Below are positions 20,269 to 24,596 of a stretch of DNA of 24,596 nt, in pieces. Source of the DNA: Perkinsus olseni (lineage: Eukaryota). Each line of letters starts with the position of its first letter. Within the stretch, counting starts at the first letter, position 1. The position numbers and the translations under genes are program-made. The stretch is taken from contig JABANN010000001.1 of assembly GCA_013115125.1 (NCBI GenBank), positions 248,001 through 272,596 on the forward strand, given 5' to 3'. The notes under the pieces were generated by a model. That model was not told the DNA's origin and did no database searches. It saw only the letters and a program-made list of their open reading frames with translations.

Positions 20269-23157
20269 TCATATAGTACGGCTAGGGCCATCATGCTCCA
20301 GTCTGACAATAGCAAGACCATCCCTGCCCGGTTTAGTATCCCATCGGCCCAGACGGTGATTCCGCCCAACTGCTGCCACCAGGACCTGCAGAGGGAGTAT
20401 GTTAGACGTGAACAGCGCAGGGGAGAGGCTGCCCACCCTTCCAGTGCTGCCGACGGCCATCTGGTTGATCCAACCTCCCTTGATAGGTAACTTGATGCTT
20501 CTATCGAGATCCAGGTTCATCTTACCCTTAGAAGCCGCACTTGTTCCTGATCATGATGGCACAATACGACGTAGGACTACTAGAGGCTCCTACGGAATTC
20601 CCGTATTAACAATCATATGCTGTTGCGAATGGAGGAACTTATGCCGAGACCGCGAGAGGTTGGACCGTAGCCCAAACAAGCGATAAGATTCGGGTAAGCG
20701 CGGATACGTCGACTCTCGCTTAGCCTCAACCCGCAAGCCAATACGACTCCTAATGTATACCGTCCCCTCTAAGGACCTACTCCAGACATTGATAAGGCCA
20801 TCGTTGGAGCCGGAGAAGCCGACATCACTGCATCGGATGGAAGCCAGAGAGGATATCCAGGGCGGGGCGACTTCTCGGTCGACTTCGGCCTGGCCATCCG
20901 AGGCCATCGTAGGGTGAGCGGTGGCTGCCTTGGTGAAGTTGAAGTCATCTTCGTCATCATCATCATCACTCTCATCTCCAGCATCATCCTTTCGGCCTAC
21001 GCAAACAAGAGAACCTTCTACCGCGAAGGCGATAAGCAAATCAACGACGGGCTCCCAACAGGACAACCGAAATACGCTCTCCAATGTACGACGAGCCAGG
21101 TCTCCCTCGATCAAAGCTGCTCATCCCCGACCCTATCCTACTCGGGTTCCTAGCACTATGTGCTCCCCCCACACTAGCAACCGGTCTACGACTGTTAGTA
21201 GCCCATAACGTGAGGCCTCCATCCTGTCCACCGGCCAGGATATGCTCAGGGTCGAGCAGAGATACCGCATCCACTGATCCATAGCCTGAAGGTACAAAAA
21301 CGCGCCTATCTTCCATCATAGAAAGATCCACGATTCCCAAATTCTTGACAGAACACCCGGTCGGAGTGCCCTATCTAGGACCTCGCCCAGCGACCGCCCT
21401 CAGTAGCTTGTCTCATAACCACAGTCGAGGAGGGCATGCCCGATCCCTCCACTCCGAAGAGATGAGTGAATCGATACTGTCCCTTCTGCACCTCAGTCAG
21501 TCAGCCTCGCACTACTTCCTTCTGGTAGCTATTCCCCCATGATCGACCAAACCAGGCTCATCCAGCACTCCACCAAGGCTACCCCCCTACTACCTTCCTT
21601 CTTGTGGACGTTGAACAGCATATGGGTATCATTGGCAACCTTCCAGTACCGTACAGTGCCGTCAGCTCCGCCAGTCACGGGCCTGCTCGCCATCATCATG
21701 CCCCCAGGGCAAGACCTTCCTATTACCTATCCCCCTGCAGTATGTCCATACACGTGCCATAGTTAGTATGGCCGTACTGACTGTCGACGTATCGGCCGGA
21801 GAAAACAGAATCCAGATGCCAGACCTTCAGGGCCTTGTCCTTCTCGCCAAGCGTAAAGATCTGACACGGCCGGACTTCGTCGTTGGGCTGAGGCTAGACT
21901 AGCGTGCTTTCACTTGCCCATCATAATCACTATACAAAGGCCTCCGTGCACGGCCTCGCGAAGCTACTACTCCGGGAGCACCGGCATTCCCCCATCTACT
22001 ACCTTGCCTCCCGAATAACTCATCTGCGCTCCTCCCATGCCCTCTCCTGCTGCCTGCGCTGACGTCTCCGAGCACACTACCGACGCTATACCACTCTGAT
22101 GGCCGAGGAGGCGTTGGACCTAATGACAGGGACTCTAGGCCTGCTCTGACCCTTCCTTCCCTCTGCACTACACATCCTTTATTGGGAGCTCGGACGTCCC
22201 ACAGCAGCAGAGTCTTATCATCACCAACCGAGCAGAGCAACTCAGGATGGCCAACAGCACCACCGGTGCAAACCGAAGAAACTGCAGCAGCATCAACAAC
22301 GTCCTCTCCTTCCCTCGCGAGCAGCCCTACCCTTCTGGAAGTGCCCACCACACTTGAAGTCATTCCTGTTGCCCGGGAAGATGGCAAGCTTCTTCATAGT
22401 GGCCAAGTCCCACTGGATTATCGCACAGTCCATACCCCCTGAAAAGCACTGACTCTTTACACGTACACATGAAGCGCCGCCGTAAGCATAGGATAGCGCA
22501 GGGAGAATAGCAACAATGAAGGCGATTGCAGCACGCCGGTACGAAGTGATGATGAAACTGCGCCCGCCCATACCGGAGTAGGCCTTGTCCTCTGAGCCAT
22601 TCATAGCCACGCAGGACGGGGAGCACTTGTGCCCCTTAGTGAAGGTGATGCTTTCTTCCTTCACTTCCAGCGACTCGGCTATCTTGTACCGCTGCCTTTT
22701 CGACTTAACTTTCTACCACAACAACAACCCATGCCCATTCCCGTCCACCCACGACTACTACCAGCTCCTCATTCAGCATTCGGTCGATATCATCCTCATC
22801 GTCATCGGCGGAGGCAGTAGACTGGGCGTCATCAGCCTCCTGCTTGCCCCGTGCGGTGTCCAACTCAGCTAGGTACCTGTAGTGGCGATGAAACCTTTCA
22901 GAGCCCGGCGGCCTAGTACGCCTTGGCCAGTCGAACTCTCTTCTCGTCAGGTGTCTCCTGAGCGAAGAAATCATCCTCCTCATCATCACTAGGAGGAGCG
23001 GGAAGGTTCTCGTCGTCGTCGGAGGAGATGGAGCCTGGAGAAGCAGCAACCCGTCCAGTGGTCCCGAGGTCGCCGCAGCAGTAGCAGTACCAGCATCATC
23101 ATCCGTACGGGGTGTTGGGGGCTGCTGACGCCTCCGTTTGTTCCGTTGGATGGCCAT
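20269..23157 (-). CDS. RRP9: U3 snoRNP-associated WD40 protein Rrp9 (U3-55K), multi-exon
   Basis: N-terminal ETPDEKRVRLAKA|YLAEL; WD40 repeats KGHKCSPSCVAM..YSG|GMDCAIIQWD, SVGDDKTLLLWD, DSQYGH..GGADGTVRYWKV, SVDAVSLLDPEHILAGGQDGGLTLW, PWISSLASIRCSDVGFSGSNDGLINVW; C-terminal VAAVGRNHRLGRW signature. Confidence 0.92.
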
Positions 23158-23294
23158 TAATCAAGCAACCTCGAATAATAGTGCTCTCAATTAACTCACC
23201 CACCAAATCATTATCGATCAGTATGGCGCGCGCTACTCGAATTGGTCCATCTTCTTGAACGCAGGCCGGCCGCTTCTTTGCTGACGTTAACAGA

Positions 23295-24272
23295 ATGTTG
23301 ACTATCCATAGAAGATCCTCACTGGTGCAGAGGTTCTTCAAGCCCGTCGGGGCTCGGCTTTTCAGCGTCTATGAAGGTCCTTCCAGTGCCTCGCAGACGA
23401 CACTTGCTAAGTCGCCTCTGGTCAGGTCAAACCGTGCAGGAATCCGAGCTGATATCCCAGGAGGACGATTGGGTAATTGAGGAGACCAACTTTTGCCTTG
23501 GAAGGTTAGGGTGTTAATAGTAGTGTCACTCGTGAGCTCATCGTCCTCAGGAACTGCTACGTCCGCTTCCGTGAGGAGGATGATCTGGCCAGACGTGCCC
23601 TACACCAGATGGACAGTCAGTTGAATAAGATGCACACCAGGCTTAGAGATGGTAGGCTATTGAAGTCTCTTGTGAACAGCAGCAGCAGCATTCGGCACTA
23701 TGGCAAGGTACGGTCATACCCTACATGTCCTTCCACCCTGATGAGATGGTTGATAGACCTGGTAAGACTTGCTATAGTATTTTCCCAAGAGGGCTCCCTG
23801 CATTGAGATCCTGCGAAGTCTTCCGAGACTCAGCAGTAGCCTGGCCGTTACCGATGTGATCGTTGATGTTTTCAGCGCCCATCCATACCTTCACGGAGAA
23901 GCCGTTGTTAAAGTGGACCTGGGACGAGACTTACGAGGAAGCCTACGACGACCCCGAAGCCGCTGTGTATAAGCGAGTGCCGTATCCTGGGGATGCACAG
24001 ACCGAGGCCCCTGAGGAGGTACCTTGAACGTTCCGGCATGGCTGGGCTTAGGCGACTTCCATCAGGTGGAGGAGCCTCTGAAGAAGTTGAAGAAGGCCGC
24101 TAAAGCAGTGGATGCCGAGCCGTCCCCTCCCGATGCGGAGACTAAGTCCAAGGCCATCCCTAGTGCCGAGACAACGCCCTCTGAATCGGCCAAGGTAGGG
24201 ACAGCTCCTGTTGTGTGGCTGAGCTGGAGGGAGTCCTTGTAGGGTGGTAAGAGTAAAAAGTCGAAGAAGTAA
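23295..24272 (+). CDS. Probable mitochondrion-targeted protein of unknown function, multi-exon with a 5-nt microexon
   Basis: Presequence-like start MLTIHRRSSLVQRFFKPVGARLFS. Frame-consistent GT-AG chain: ..KSPL|EDDWVIEETNFCLGR|NCYVRFREEDD..RLRD|AAAAFGTMAR|P|APIHTFTEKPLLKWTWD..APEE|VEEPLKKL..SAK|GGKSKKSKK*. Confidence 0.7.
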
Positions 24273-24522
24273 AGCTATGCTTTGAGGGAGCCAGTATTGA
24301 TACCATTGCAACACGTACATCCAGTGGCCCCTACCGCCCTGGACATAGCAGTCTTTTTGGTGTGATGATGATCAGCACCTTGTACGCTGGACCATGATGG
24401 AGGCGGGAAAAAGTGATCACTTTTGTTTTACTCTGGTGGCTCATGTCGCGTTCGTCAGTTAACCGTATCCGGGAATACGGAAATATTCCTGTTCTAGCAT
24501 TCAGAAGAGTCTGAGTGTTCGA

Positions 24523-24596
24523 TAGGGTTGTCCATGAAAATGGTGAATCCTGAAAATGGTGAATCGGAAAAAATTACCCGCGAACCCTGATAATGG
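24523..24596. mobile_element. Possible left end of a TIR DNA transposon (truncated by the window edge)
   Basis: Starts TAGGGTTG, a hAT-like terminus, followed by tandem subterminal repeat TGAAAATGGTGAATC at 24535-24549 and 24551-24565. The other end is not visible. Confidence 0.35.

Overview
Intron-rich eukaryotic genomic DNA with dense genes and many short (~40-60 nt) GT-AG introns. The style suggests an alveolate such as Perkinsus, which is inference only. Because of splicing, the ORF track fragments most genes, so I rebuilt exon chains by hand. In order: an unknown multi-exon gene (- strand, runs off the left edge) whose first exon appears interrupted by a 246-bp MITE with a 9-bp TSD; eIF3e (apparently missing its winged-helix exons); CFAP298/C21orf59; tRNA-Leu(CAG); a DHHC palmitoyltransferase; a tRNA-like 3' half and two related hairpins around a divergent promoter; phosphatidylinositol synthase; a poorly defined - strand gene; a coiled-coil/SH3 protein; a gene-poor accessory block (~12.3-17.8 kb) carrying two intronless paralogues of a secreted beta-rich protein (copy 2 frameshifted, with an inverted-triplication scar); a CCCH-SANT-CHY zinc-finger gene; RRP9 (U3-55K); a likely mitochondrion-targeted protein whose model needs a 5-nt microexon; and a probable transposon end at the right edge.
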